Both the position numbers and the translations under genes were made by a program. DNA of 64,000 bases, taken from contig JACQSK010000021.1 of assembly GCA_016205975.1 (NCBI GenBank), positions 36,324-100,323 of the forward strand. The letters are read 5' to 3'. The notes under the pieces were generated by a model, which did no database searches, had not been told where the DNA came from, and worked only from the letters and a program-made list of their open reading frames with translations. Of the stretch, positions 37,459 to 46,357 are shown in pieces; position 1 is the stretch's first letter, and each line of letters begins with the position of its first letter. This DNA is from Candidatus Uhrbacteria bacterium. Its GTDB lineage: Bacteria > Patescibacteriota > Patescibacteriia > UBA9934 > GWF2-40-263.

Positions 37459-38813
37459 ACAAGTTTCCTCGCCACCTCGTCGATGTCCCCTGCTCCCATG
37501 ATGAGCAACACGTCACCCGACTCGACCAGATCACGCAGTGCTGCCTCGGCCGCGCGCAAGTCTTTTGCGAAGCGGACGTCCTTGGACGGGTCATCCTTCT
37601 TCATAGCTTCAGACAAATCGTGCGAGCTGACCTCTGCGTCCTCATTTCTTCCCGCGACGTCATAGATCTCCGCAAGGACCAAAGCGTCGGCGTGCGACAG
37701 GGCCTGTACAAACTCATTGAACAACTTTTTTGTTCGGTCGTGCTGGTGCGGCTGGTAGCACAACACCACGCGCCGACCGGGAAAAAACTCTCGCGCGGCC
37801 TCGATCGTAGCCGTGATTGCCGTGGGGTGATGGCCATAATCGGAGATCACCTCCGCGCCGTGCCACGAGCCCACGCGCTCAAACCGACGCCAGATGCCGG
37901 TAAAGTCGAAGAGCGCGCGGCGACAGGTTTCAAACGGCACGCCCAGCTCCATGGCAGCGGCCATGGCGCCAAGCGCGTTCATCGCGTTGAACGCGCCGGG
38001 CACACGCAGGCGCAGCTCGCCGTGACTGGTGCTGACGGTTTGTTCACCGTATTCCACCCTCCTCTGCAGCAAAGCATAGGTCCCATTGGTCCCATACGAC
38101 CCATACTGCACCGACCCATTGACCTCCAAATTTTTTGACACCGCGTCGTCCGCATTTAGCACCACCACGCCCTTGCCCTTGAGCTTGTCTACAAACTGTT
38201 GGAACGTTGCCTGGATGTGCGCGAGGTCGCGGTAGTAATCCAGGTGGTCCTCCTCGACGTTGGTCAAGACGATCATCTCGGGTTCAAGGTGGAGCATGTT
38301 GGCGCGATACTCACAGCCTTCCACCACAAAGAACCGTCCTTTTCCAAGCCGAAGATTTCCGTCCTTAAAGCTCGGGACGAGCGAGCCTACCAAGACCGTT
38401 GGGTCATAGCCGGCCGCCTCTAAGATCAACCCGAGCATAGCCGTGGTCGTAGACTTGCCGTTGGTGCCCGAGACAACGATCGTAGAAAACGCGCGTGACA
38501 GCTCTCCGAGAAATTCAAAATTGGAACACATGCGAATACCCCGCTCGCGCGCGGCCTGGCGCTCCACATTGGACTCGGGCGCGGCGGGCGTGTAGATGAG
38601 CAGGTCCACATCCTGTGCCACCTGTCCGGGCGCGTGGCCCGAGTACACCTGGGCTCCGCGGCGCGCGAGGTCGCGCGTCAGATCGCTCTCATGCACATCC
38701 GACCCGCTCACCTTAATCCCAGAGAGCAAAAACCACTTAGCGAGCGCGGACATGCCGATCCCGCCGATGCCGACGAAGTGAACGTAATGGATGCCTTCGA
38801 ACATACACGTCAA
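37455..38813 (-). CDS. murC: UDP-N-acetylmuramate--L-alanine ligase
   Basis: 452 aa; HFVGIGGIGMSALA (Rossmann N-domain), GTNGKSTT P-loop; 4-nt overlap with murB. Confidence 0.9.
   Translation of the reverse strand: MTCMFEGIHYVHFVGIGGIGMSALAKWFLLSGIKVSGSDVHESDLTRDLARRGAQVYSGHAPGQVAQDVDLLIYTPAAPESNVERQAARERGIRMCSNFEFLGELSRAFSTIVVSGTNGKSTTTAMLGLILEAAGYDPTVLVGSLVPSFKDGNLRLGKGRFFVVEGCEYRANMLHLEPEMIVLTNVEEDHLDYYRDLAHIQATFQQFVDKLKGKGVVVLNADDAVSKNLEVNGSVQYGSYGTNGTYALLQRRVEYGEQTVSTSHGELRLRVPGAFNAMNALGAMAAAMELGVPFETCRRALFDFTGIWRRFERVGSWHGAEVISDYGHHPTAITATIEAAREFFPGRRVVLCYQPHQHDRTKKLFNEFVQALSHADALVLAEIYDVAGRNEDAEVSSHDLSEAMKKDDPSKDVRFAKDLRAAEAALRDLVESGDVLLIMGAGDIDEVARKLV
38084..38120. repeat. short dispersed repeat with 9-bp periodicity, copy C (inverted orientation, inside murC)
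   Basis: cattggtcccatacgacccatactgcaccgacccattgacc; matches the reverse complement of A/B over ggtccNatacgaccNat (15/17). Confidence 0.5.
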
Positions 38814-38846
38814 GAATAGCGCGTCAATAAAAAAAGCGCTAGACGT

Positions 38847-40127
38847 CTAGCGCTGCGTGGTGCTTCGGATGACGCGCGGCTTGAGATGCGTGCGATCAAT
38901 CCACTTGAGCACTAAATTGTCGTGAACCGTATTCCAGACGACCGCCCCGTTCTCCGTATGGAGATTCCACGCAAGCGGCACGGCCGTGAGCCTGCGTCCG
39001 TGAACAATGGGCTGATCCCACACGCCGTCATGCACGATCACGGCGTCGATCCCACCGCTCTCGCTCACGAGCGCCTCGGACACGCGCAGCCCTTCGGCAA
39101 ACGCACGCTCCGTCGTTGCACTCACGAGGCGCTCATGCGTCTGACCTCCTTCCGTCACTCGGATACGAGCCGCGCACGAGGAACCGTCGTGCGACCAGAA
39201 AATGTCCTGGCGCGCGAACGTGAAGTGGCCCTCATGGAGAACCTCGTGGTTCAGCAAGAGCCGCCGCTCATCGCCCTTTGCCTCGCGCGGCCGCACGAGT
39301 GTCAGGAGCACCGCCTGCGTGGGCGAGCTCCAAACATCCTCGATCTGGCCGTCGATCAACAAGCTGAAAGGATCTCGACCCTTGAACGCACCAACCTCCA
39401 TGAGGCTTGACCGGTACGGCGTGCGCGTCGCCAAGAGACAGCGTCCCTGCCACTGCACCAGCCTCACGGCCGAATCATTCGACGCTCGCTTCGGCTCGCA
39501 AACAGGCACAAGCGCGGCAAAGGGCTCGATCCCGTTCTCCGCCACGCGGTAGGCGTAAGGGCGGCCGTCAAGCTCCTCGATGACGCACAGCGTCCCGTCC
39601 GCATACGGCTCGACCTTGGATCCTGGCCTCACAGGGAACAACCCCCATGGCGTGATGATCGCGTTCTCCCCTGGGAAGCGTTCACTCTCCCCAACGGGCA
39701 AACGGACAAAGCCATTGCCATAGGAACCCTTGATGCGCTCCAGGCAATAGAGGAACGTCCGCGCCTGCGGAGCCACGAGCCAAACGCCCGGCGGATAGCC
39801 GCTCACGCAGCCCCAGACGAGCACGTGGCGCTCTCCGATCTGCAGAATGCGCGTTCCCCCATCCTCCTTGGAGGGAGAGCGCTGAAAACGAATGTCTGCG
39901 TCAAACGACGAATGGAACAACTCGTCCTCGTCGCAGCACGCGCGCACCATCGCCATCTGTGAACCCGTCGGCGTGACAGCAAGCTGATCCCCGGCAATCA
40001 AGCCTCGGAGCATCTGCGGATTTGGGGTGATGGGGAGGGTGCAGATCGTGTGCATCTCGCCGCTGAACGAGGGCTCGGTGAGATGCACGACATGATGACT
40101 GGGCCGGGGAGCGCCTATCGTTGCCAA
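38847..40127 (-). CDS. hypothetical protein
   Basis: 426-aa ORF, protein-like, no assignable motif. Confidence 0.45.
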   Translation of the reverse strand: MATIGAPRPSHHVVHLTEPSFSGEMHTICTLPITPNPQMLRGLIAGDQLAVTPTGSQMAMVRACCDEDELFHSSFDADIRFQRSPSKEDGGTRILQIGERHVLVWGCVSGYPPGVWLVAPQARTFLYCLERIKGSYGNGFVRLPVGESERFPGENAIITPWGLFPVRPGSKVEPYADGTLCVIEELDGRPYAYRVAENGIEPFAALVPVCEPKRASNDSAVRLVQWQGRCLLATRTPYRSSLMEVGAFKGRDPFSLLIDGQIEDVWSSPTQAVLLTLVRPREAKGDERRLLLNHEVLHEGHFTFARQDIFWSHDGSSCAARIRVTEGGQTHERLVSATTERAFAEGLRVSEALVSESGGIDAVIVHDGVWDQPIVHGRRLTAVPLAWNLHTENGAVVWNTVHDNLVLKWIDRTHLKPRVIRSTTQR

Positions 40128-40242
40128 GAGGAACTCCTTCTTGTGGACGCACGTTTCACGGTGCGGTCATCTCAACCTAGCGACATTCTGAAAGTTTGTC
40201 AATCACGAACGCCAGCGAGTAGAATAAGTCCATCATCCCCCT

Positions 40243-40974
40243 ATGCCCCCCTCCCTCGAAAACCCATTCACCCCAGAACCCAAGACTCCCCGCAGTCGTG
40301 ACGACGCCGAGATGGTCGGGAAGATTTCTGGTCCTGAAGCGGAAGCAACCATGAGATCGCTGGGAGACAAGCCTCCCAGGTCCACTCCAGAGACTCCTCG
40401 CCTCATCCTCACCCCTGAGGAGCGGGCTCTAGCTGAAGCGGCCGAGCGTGCCCTGCACGAGAAGAAAGACCAACGTCTCCGCCGTGAGTACATCGCCTGG
40501 GCGTCTGACCTGGGGTTTGACGAGGATTGGGTCCATGACACCTTCATCTTCCACTCTGACGGTTCTGTTGAAACTGAAGGAAACCTCGATCTCCGTAACA
40601 AACCCTCTGTCCGTCTCCCAGACTCTCTTGTGAAAGTGGGCGGCTACCTCGACCTCGACGGCCTCACCTCTGCTGAGGGTCTCATCCTGCCAGAGAAGAT
40701 CGGTGGTGGCCTCTCCCTCGACGGCCTCACCTCCGCCCAGGGTCTCACCCTGCCCCGTGAGATTCACGGCAGCCTCTCCCTCAACGGCCTCACCTCTGCC
40801 CAGGGTCTCATCCTGCCCCGTGAGATCGGTGGCTGGCTCTCCCTCGACGGCCTCACCTCTGCTGAGGGTCTCACCCTGCCTCGTGAGATCGGTGGTTACG
40901 TCTTCCTCGGCAACCTCACAAAAAAAGAAAAAGACAGGTTCAGGACTCAATGGCCGAGTTTGTCGATTTGGTGA
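40243..40974 (+). CDS. hypothetical protein built from 20-aa leucine-rich tandem repeats
   Basis: 243 aa; five consecutive repeats LxLDGLTSA(E/Q)GL(I/T)LP(R/E)(E/K)IGG encoded by near-perfect 60-bp DNA repeats. Confidence 0.5.
   Translation: MPPSLENPFTPEPKTPRSRDDAEMVGKISGPEAEATMRSLGDKPPRSTPETPRLILTPEERALAEAAERALHEKKDQRLRREYIAWASDLGFDEDWVHDTFIFHSDGSVETEGNLDLRNKPSVRLPDSLVKVGGYLDLDGLTSAEGLILPEKIGGGLSLDGLTSAQGLTLPREIHGSLSLNGLTSAQGLILPREIGGWLSLDGLTSAEGLTLPREIGGYVFLGNLTKKEKDRFRTQWPSLSIW
40640..40920. repeat. 60-bp tandem repeat array (about 4.7 copies) inside the repeat-protein gene
   Basis: units ...ctctccctcgacggcctcacctctgc(c/t)(c/g)agggtctca(t/c)cctgcc(c/t)cgtgagatc... repeated head-to-tail. 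Confidence 0.8.
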
Positions 40975-41102
40975 TAATCGCCGACGCTCTCTGTGTCATA
41001 ATCACAAGAATCCATCCGCGCAACGATCAGCCGATCCAATCCAGGAGTATGCAGGCAAGTTGCCCTTCAAAGAAATATCTTGTACGCTGGCGTCCAGGTT
41101 AT

Positions 41103-41178
41103 GGGCCGTTAGCGCAGCTGGTAGCGCGTTTCCATGGCATGGAAAAGGTCACCGGTTCGAATCCGGTACGGTCCACCA
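41103..41178 (+). tRNA. tRNA-Ala (anticodon GGC)
   Basis: 76 nt cloverleaf: acceptor gggccgt/acggtcc with the G3:U70 Ala identity pair, D-arm gcgc-agctggta-gcgc, anticodon stem tttcc/ggaaa with loop atGGCat, T-arm accgg-ttcgaat-ccggt, encoded CCA. Confidence 0.85.
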
Positions 41179-41212
41179 AAACACGACCAGGTTTCTGGCC
41201 GTGTTTTGATTC
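41179..41212 (+). terminator. intrinsic terminator after tRNA-Ala
   Basis: aaacacgaccaggtttctggccgtgtttt hairpin followed by ttttgatt. Confidence 0.5.
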
Positions 41213-41262
41213 CGAGCGAGGCGAAGCAAACAAGGGTTCATACCCATCGTTTGATTTTACCG

Positions 41263-41291
41263 TTGACAAACCGTCCGACAGCTGTTAGTCT
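41263..41291 (+). promoter_or_regulatory. sigma70-like promoter (TTGACA-17-TAGTCT)
   Basis: ttgaca at 41263-41268, 17-nt spacer, tagtct at 41286-41291; RBS caggag 6 nt upstream of the ATG at 41314. Confidence 0.4.
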
Positions 41292-41313
41292 CCCAGTCGC
41301 ACAGGAGTTTTGC

Positions 41314-41658
41314 ATGAGCGTAGATTTTTCGCACTGGACGAAGGTGAACGCGGGCACCCATGCTGATATTCTCTTTTGCAGCTGGACAGACCGCAACAGT
41401 GGCATCCTGCGCATCGTTCGTCGGGTCAAGACAGGTCGGCGAAGCATCAAGGTCTGCTGGACCGAATCCGACCTGACGCTGGAGAGCTTGCACAACAAGC
41501 TCTTGCGGCTCAACTGGCACGCCGTTTGCTCGCCGCTTCTGGGAAACGCGCGCCTCCCAGAGGTCGACCGGCTCAAGAAGAGTGTCTGCAACGCGATCGC
41601 GAGGGAGCTCGTCAAGAGGGATCCCACCCTGAACGCGTCAGCGCTCACCCTGCAGTAG
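41314..41658 (+). CDS. hypothetical protein
   Basis: tool ORF 41134..41658 overlaps the tRNA; trimmed to ATG 41314 (MSVDFSHWTKVNAGTHADILF...) which has a good RBS; 114 aa. Confidence 0.4.
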   Translation: MSVDFSHWTKVNAGTHADILFCSWTDRNSGILRIVRRVKTGRRSIKVCWTESDLTLESLHNKLLRLNWHAVCSPLLGNARLPEVDRLKKSVCNAIARELVKRDPTLNASALTLQ

Positions 41659-41676
41659 GGCACGCGTACGTCAACC

Positions 41677-41700
41677 AGATCCCCACAAGGGATCTTTTTC
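41677..41700 (+). terminator. intrinsic terminator
   Basis: agatccc-cacaa-gggatct stem-loop followed by ttttc, 19 nt after the stop at 41658. Confidence 0.55.
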
Positions 41701-41778
41701 AAAGGAGAGCATCCTCCCAGCGAGTACGCTCGCAACAGGCCAGTTCATACTGCCATCAACCCGTGGCTCTCGTGTCAC

Positions 41779-41808
41779 GGGCTTTACATTTCAGGGCTTT
41801 ACATTTCC
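41779..41808 (+). repeat. tandem 15-bp direct repeat (gggctttacatttca / gggctttacatttcc), candidate operator
   Basis: two adjacent near-identical 15-mers about 77 nt upstream of the ORF starting at 41885. Confidence 0.6.
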
Positions 41809-41884
41809 AGTGAAATAGTCCAGCCTGTCCCTCTCCGGTTTGTGGCACCGGACATGACTCTCCACTAGTCACGATGAGGTTTCC

Positions 41885-42680
41885 ATGGCCGAACATCTTT
41901 TGGGCCCACCGATGAGCCCCAGCAACCCCCTCCTGCGCGTCGATCTGAGCCTGTCCATCGGTGACCAAGGCCTGCAGGTGATCGACAACTCCAACATCCC
42001 GTTGGGGATCGACTGGCAGAACACCCTCGTCGATTTCGTCCGCCAGGACGAGTCCCGAACCATCCCCGCCGGGCGACTACGTCTTCACCATCCTGCACGG
42101 CGAGGGGTTCCGCGTCGCGAAGCTTCCCACCGAAGGGTTGAACGAAGAGACGCACCGCGCGCTCATCGACTGGATCCAGCCCTTCATGGAGGAGACCTTC
42201 CGTACGCTGTGTGTCGGGCTCGTTACCTTCCCGACGCCGCGCGAGATCCGGCTGGCCGCGCGTAGCGTCCTATTCGCCAGCGCCCACGCGGCGCTGAGGT
42301 CCCTCAAGGATCCCGACAAGCTCGAGCCCGACTTCCTGACGCTCGTCCCAACCGCGACCGATCGGTTCGGCGACAGCCGCCGGATCGAGCACGCAGGCAT
42401 GGTCGCGCTCCTCGTCCAGGAAGGCGGCTTTTCGCTACCGGGCGAGATGATGGTCATGCCGGGTCTCCCCAACGAGGCCGGTCGACTGGAGGTCAAGGTC
42501 GGCTACCTCGCACAGTGCCCGCTCAACGACTGGCTCAACGCCAACTTGGTCGGCCGTCTCACCGAGACGGTTCAGGAGGTCCGCGCGGACGTCTTGCGCG
42601 AAGTCTCCGCCACCTTCGAGGATCGCCGCACCTGGTACGAGAGGGCGAGCGCCCACCTCAAGAAGCTCGTCGGCCTCTAG
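41885..42680 (+). pseudogene. hypothetical gene interrupted by a +1 frameshift (or sequencing error) near 42060-42075
   Basis: ORF 41885..42265 is protein-like only for its first ~60 aa, then turns Arg/Pro-rich; the protein-like reading continues in the frame of ORF 42138..42680, which is open back to 41982 (…SPPGDYVFTILHGEGFRVAKLPTEGLNEETHRALIDW…); junction lies at the ccccgccgggcg run. Confidence 0.35.
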
Positions 42681-42849
42681 GCCGCGGCAACGCCATCCAC
42701 GAGTAGCCCCCAATAAGGCTACTTTTTCATTTTGTGACAATGAGCTCAGCGACAGTTGACGTTTCCCGCCGTTTCCTTTATGTTCTTCAGGTTCCGGTTT
42801 TGCGACAGCCGGTTCGACGCGTTCCTTGCCGCACCGCTCGAGGTAACCC

Positions 42850-43905
42850 ATGTCCGAGGCCGTTCGTCAGCCTTTCATCATGCCAACGTTCGCAGAAGAC
42901 GTCGTCTTGGAGGTCAGCTTTCTCATCGAGGATCGAACTCCCGACGCAGAACAGGCCCCCATCACCGTCACCTTCGTTCCCGAGGCTCGTCGGCAGTTCA
43001 GGCGAGACGAGATGGAAGAGATCTTCCTGGTGCATCATGCCGTTCTTCGTTCGGGTCGCTACCACTTCCGCGTCCAAGCGCAGGGAGTGGAGACGATCGA
43101 GATGCCCGAGGGCGTTACTCGTGAGGAGCGCGACAACCTGATCCAAGGCGACTTGAGCCGTGTCCTCTGGAGCATCCGCGGGCAGCTCATCGAGAGCTAC
43201 CGCGAGTTTCCCAGCGACGAGATGATCGAGAGCATCGCGCGCCGGGGGATCGAAGCCGCGGTGGTCGTGATGATGGACGATCCGCTCAAGGAGACCGTGC
43301 GGCTTCCCACGCACGACGCGCTCACCCAGATGCAGGTGGTGTCTGGATGCGTCACGTGTGACTTCGAGGGCTCCGCAAGGGGCTCCATGGCGCGGCCCAG
43401 GCCAGGAGTCTTTAAGGTGGAGAACGTTCGTGTGCGCGTGGAGGAAGAGGAAGGCGCGCTCATCCTCGCGCTGGGCTATCTCAACCACAAGAATCCGTTT
43501 ATCTCCTATTTCCACGCCCATCTCGCGCAGCTCGTCAGTGAGTGCATCCCGCAGATCGTGGACGACCAGCTCAGGGTCGGTCTCGCCGAGCTGGAGGTCA
43601 CCCGGCGTCTGACCGAGAGGGTGACCAGCGCCCTGCAGACGACCTACCAGATCGATCCCGCCGAGATCTCGCGGATCGCCGACGAGAGGGAGGAGGAGAT
43701 CCGTGAGAGCGAGCGCGTCAGGCGCGAACGGGAGGCTCATCCGCCCGATGATCTGGCGGCAGCGTTTTTCCAGCACCTCATGGGCGGGAGGGGGATCAGG
43801 GTCATGACCTTGGATTCCGATGGCCATCTGGTCGAGGACGCCCTGCCGCGACCGGACAGTGCTCCCAGAGAGGACGTGATCGACCAGGATTTCGACGAGC
43901 CCTGA
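42850..43905 (+). CDS. hypothetical protein
   Basis: 351-aa ORF with protein-like composition and an acidic C-terminus; no motif assigned. Confidence 0.5.
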   Translation: MSEAVRQPFIMPTFAEDVVLEVSFLIEDRTPDAEQAPITVTFVPEARRQFRRDEMEEIFLVHHAVLRSGRYHFRVQAQGVETIEMPEGVTREERDNLIQGDLSRVLWSIRGQLIESYREFPSDEMIESIARRGIEAAVVVMMDDPLKETVRLPTHDALTQMQVVSGCVTCDFEGSARGSMARPRPGVFKVENVRVRVEEEEGALILALGYLNHKNPFISYFHAHLAQLVSECIPQIVDDQLRVGLAELEVTRRLTERVTSALQTTYQIDPAEISRIADEREEEIRESERVRREREAHPPDDLAAAFFQHLMGGRGIRVMTLDSDGHLVEDALPRPDSAPREDVIDQDFDEP

Positions 43906-43988
43906 CAGGCCCGTGCTCCCGTGACCGACAAGGTCGCGGGTTTTTCTATCTCGACATATGCCTCACGCATCGCTATACTGCCGTCCGT

Positions 43989-45089
43989 ATGTTGCAAGTC
44001 GGTATCGTCGGGCTTCCCAACGTTGGCAAGTCTACCCTATTTAAGACCCTCACCAAGAAGGCCGTGGACTGCGCCAATTTTCCGTTTTGTACGATTGAGC
44101 CCAACGTGGGCGTGGTCGAGGTGCCGGACCCGCGCATCGACAGACTTGCGGAGATTTCTCAGTCACAGAAAGTGATCCCCACAGCGATCGAGTTCGTTGA
44201 CATCGCTGGACTCGTGAAGGGCGCTCACAAAGGAGAGGGGCTGGGCAACAAGTTTCTCGCCAACATCCGTGAGGTGGACATGATCGTGCACGTGGTGCGC
44301 GCGTTTCAAGACGAGAACGTCGTCCATGTGGAGGGCGGGACGGATCCCTTACGGGACGTGGAGACCATTGAGATCGAGCTTGCCATGGCGGACATCGGGA
44401 CGGTGGAGAAACGGCTGGACACTGTGCGAGGCAAAATGAAGGCCGGGCGGACGAAAGAGTTGGAGAGCGAGGAGTCGGCGCTCGCCAAAATGTTTGAGGC
44501 GCTCCAGCAAGGGAAGATGGCCAACACGGTTGAGCTCAGCGAGGAGGAAGAAAAGATGGTCGCGGACATGAGCCTGCTCACGCGCAAACCGGTTTTGTAT
44601 GTCGTGAACGTGGACGAAGAGTTTTTCAAAGCCCCTTCAGGGGCGTCCGTTGCCGGCGGGGATAAAGCTCCTGTGAATCTTGGGAATCGTCTCGCCCTGC
44701 CGGTGAGCATTAAAGTGGAGAGCGAGCTCATCGACATGCCGCCCGAAGATCAGCAGATGTTCCTCTCAGAGCTTGGGCTCGCGCAGTCGGGACTCGATCG
44801 GTTGATCGCTAAGTGCTATGAGCTCTTGAACTTGATTACTTTTTTTACCTCTGGAGAAAAAGAAACCCGCGCCTGGACGATTCATCGAGGAGATAAAGCG
44901 CCGAGGGCCGCGGGGGTGATTCATACAGATTTTGAACGAGGCTTCATCCGCGCCGAAGTGATTAGCTACGAAGATTTTGTTGCCGGCCTGGGCGAGGCTG
45001 GCGCACGCGACACGGGGAAACTCCGCGTGGAGGGAAAAGAGTACGTGATGCGGGATGGGGACGTGTGCCACTTTAGGTTTAATGTGTGA
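43989..45089 (+). CDS. ychF: ribosome-binding ATPase YchF
   Basis: 366 aa; MLQVGIVGLPNVGKSTLF..., NFPFCTIEPNVG, C-terminal TGS domain. Confidence 0.95.
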   Translation: MLQVGIVGLPNVGKSTLFKTLTKKAVDCANFPFCTIEPNVGVVEVPDPRIDRLAEISQSQKVIPTAIEFVDIAGLVKGAHKGEGLGNKFLANIREVDMIVHVVRAFQDENVVHVEGGTDPLRDVETIEIELAMADIGTVEKRLDTVRGKMKAGRTKELESEESALAKMFEALQQGKMANTVELSEEEEKMVADMSLLTRKPVLYVVNVDEEFFKAPSGASVAGGDKAPVNLGNRLALPVSIKVESELIDMPPEDQQMFLSELGLAQSGLDRLIAKCYELLNLITFFTSGEKETRAWTIHRGDKAPRAAGVIHTDFERGFIRAEVISYEDFVAGLGEAGARDTGKLRVEGKEYVMRDGDVCHFRFNV

Positions 45090-46251
45090 GCACGAGGATA
45101 TCCCTTCCGACAAGCTGGTCGGCGCGATGGTAAAGAAATTGGGACTCGACGCGGTAACCGAGTTTGGTGAGCATGGATGTGAGAGGCAGACGTTCCCAGG
45201 AAGTGTCTGCCTTTTTGAATGCGGGAAACGCCACGACGGCGCGGCCTGTTGGTTTCAAAAGAGGTTTGAGCGCGACGAATGAGGAGGCATAGAGCGCCAG
45301 AAGCTCCTGTTCGATTTTTTTGTTTTCGTTTTCGCCAAGCGGTCGCGAGCGCGGGGGGCCCAGATAGACTTCGGTAACGATTACGTCTGTCGGAGTGTTG
45401 ATGAGAAGCGCCCGATCGACGGCGCTGGCCGTATGCAGCGCGAGCGCAGGGAACTCAAGCGGGAAGGTTTTTGAGAGCCAGTCCAGATTTTGTTTCGTGT
45501 CTCGGACGGCCGCCTGTGAGACGTCGTTTCCGATCACGTGTGCGAACCCCATGAGCGCGGCTTCCATGAGAACCGTGCCGGATCCGCAGAAGGGATCGAG
45601 AAGCGTTGCGCCTTGGGGGTCTATGCCCGAGAGATTGATCATCATGCGCGCGAGCTTTGGAGGAAGCATGCCGGACTTGGCATCGCGCGCCGGGCGGCCG
45701 AAGTCTCGGCGCTCCCAGGCGCGGAAGTCTTGAATCGTTTCCGTTTGGCCGATCAAGATTTTTCCCTGAGCGGCAAGCAGAACATACTCACCGCCTGAGG
45801 CGAGCAGGCCGTTTGTTTCAATCACCGCCGAGGAGAGCCTGGGCTCGCGCGCTTTCACATAGCGCACAGGGCGGCCGGCCGTTTTCAATTGTTTTTTGAT
45901 TTCCTGTCCGAGGGCGTCTACCTCTTTTCCCAGCGCGCGCGCGAGGGCGGGATCACCCAGGTCATAGACGGAGAGGCCGAACGAGATTTTGTTTTTTCCC
46001 GCGGCGTCTTGGGCGTGCATGGCGATCAGTCCTGCGGCGGACTCGGGATCCCATTGCTTCAGCTCCCCGATGAGCGAACCGATTTTCACGACGCCCCCGA
46101 GCCGATCCTGAAGCTGGCTTGCATTGAGAGCGTCTGACTCGACGACAACAACGCCGTCCGATTCATAGACCAGAGCAACGGGACCGGTGAGCACGGCTTT
46201 GAGCTCGGCTTTGCAGAGTTCTTGTTGGGACCCCAAGATGAAAAAAGTCAT
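45079..46251 (-). CDS. THUMP-domain class I SAM-dependent RNA methyltransferase (UPF0020/RlmL-like)
   Basis: 390 aa; ...LLDPFCGSGTVLMEAALMG... MTase motif I and N-terminal THUMP-like region. Confidence 0.65.
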   Translation of the reverse strand: MTFFILGSQQELCKAELKAVLTGPVALVYESDGVVVVESDALNASQLQDRLGGVVKIGSLIGELKQWDPESAAGLIAMHAQDAAGKNKISFGLSVYDLGDPALARALGKEVDALGQEIKKQLKTAGRPVRYVKAREPRLSSAVIETNGLLASGGEYVLLAAQGKILIGQTETIQDFRAWERRDFGRPARDAKSGMLPPKLARMMINLSGIDPQGATLLDPFCGSGTVLMEAALMGFAHVIGNDVSQAAVRDTKQNLDWLSKTFPLEFPALALHTASAVDRALLINTPTDVIVTEVYLGPPRSRPLGENENKKIEQELLALYASSFVALKPLLKPTGRAVVAFPAFKKADTSWERLPLTSMLTKLGYRVESQFLYHRADQLVGRDILVLTH

Positions 46252-46357
46252 AGCTTGACCATTTTACCAAAGATCGTTAGAGTCTACGCGTTATTCACTT
46301 TAACTGTCCATAGTCCTCCATTGGGGGATTGCTCGGGATCCACCCGGGCCAGCTCAT

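Noticed and set aside
37254-38138. 294-aa plus-strand ORF ending in ...SIGPIGPIRPILHRPIDLQIF, echoing the IGPIGPIRP N-terminus of the four-helix-bundle ORF
   Set aside because: The ORF is antisense to murB/murC and spurious. The shared peptide is simply the translation of the 9-bp periodic DNA repeat, which is reported as a repeat finding instead.
41103-41178. tRNA 3'-end direct repeat (att site) marking an integrated element
   Set aside because: Searched visually downstream to 44 kb for a copy of the tRNA 3' end (ggttcgaatccggtacggtccacca) and found none, so an integrative-element boundary cannot be supported.
42787-43827. 346-aa minus-strand ORF
   Set aside because: Antisense to the 351-aa plus-strand hypothetical gene. 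The plus-strand gene is co-directional with its neighbours and reads like a real protein, while the minus-strand translation is Gly/His/Asp/Leu/Arg-rich low-complexity.
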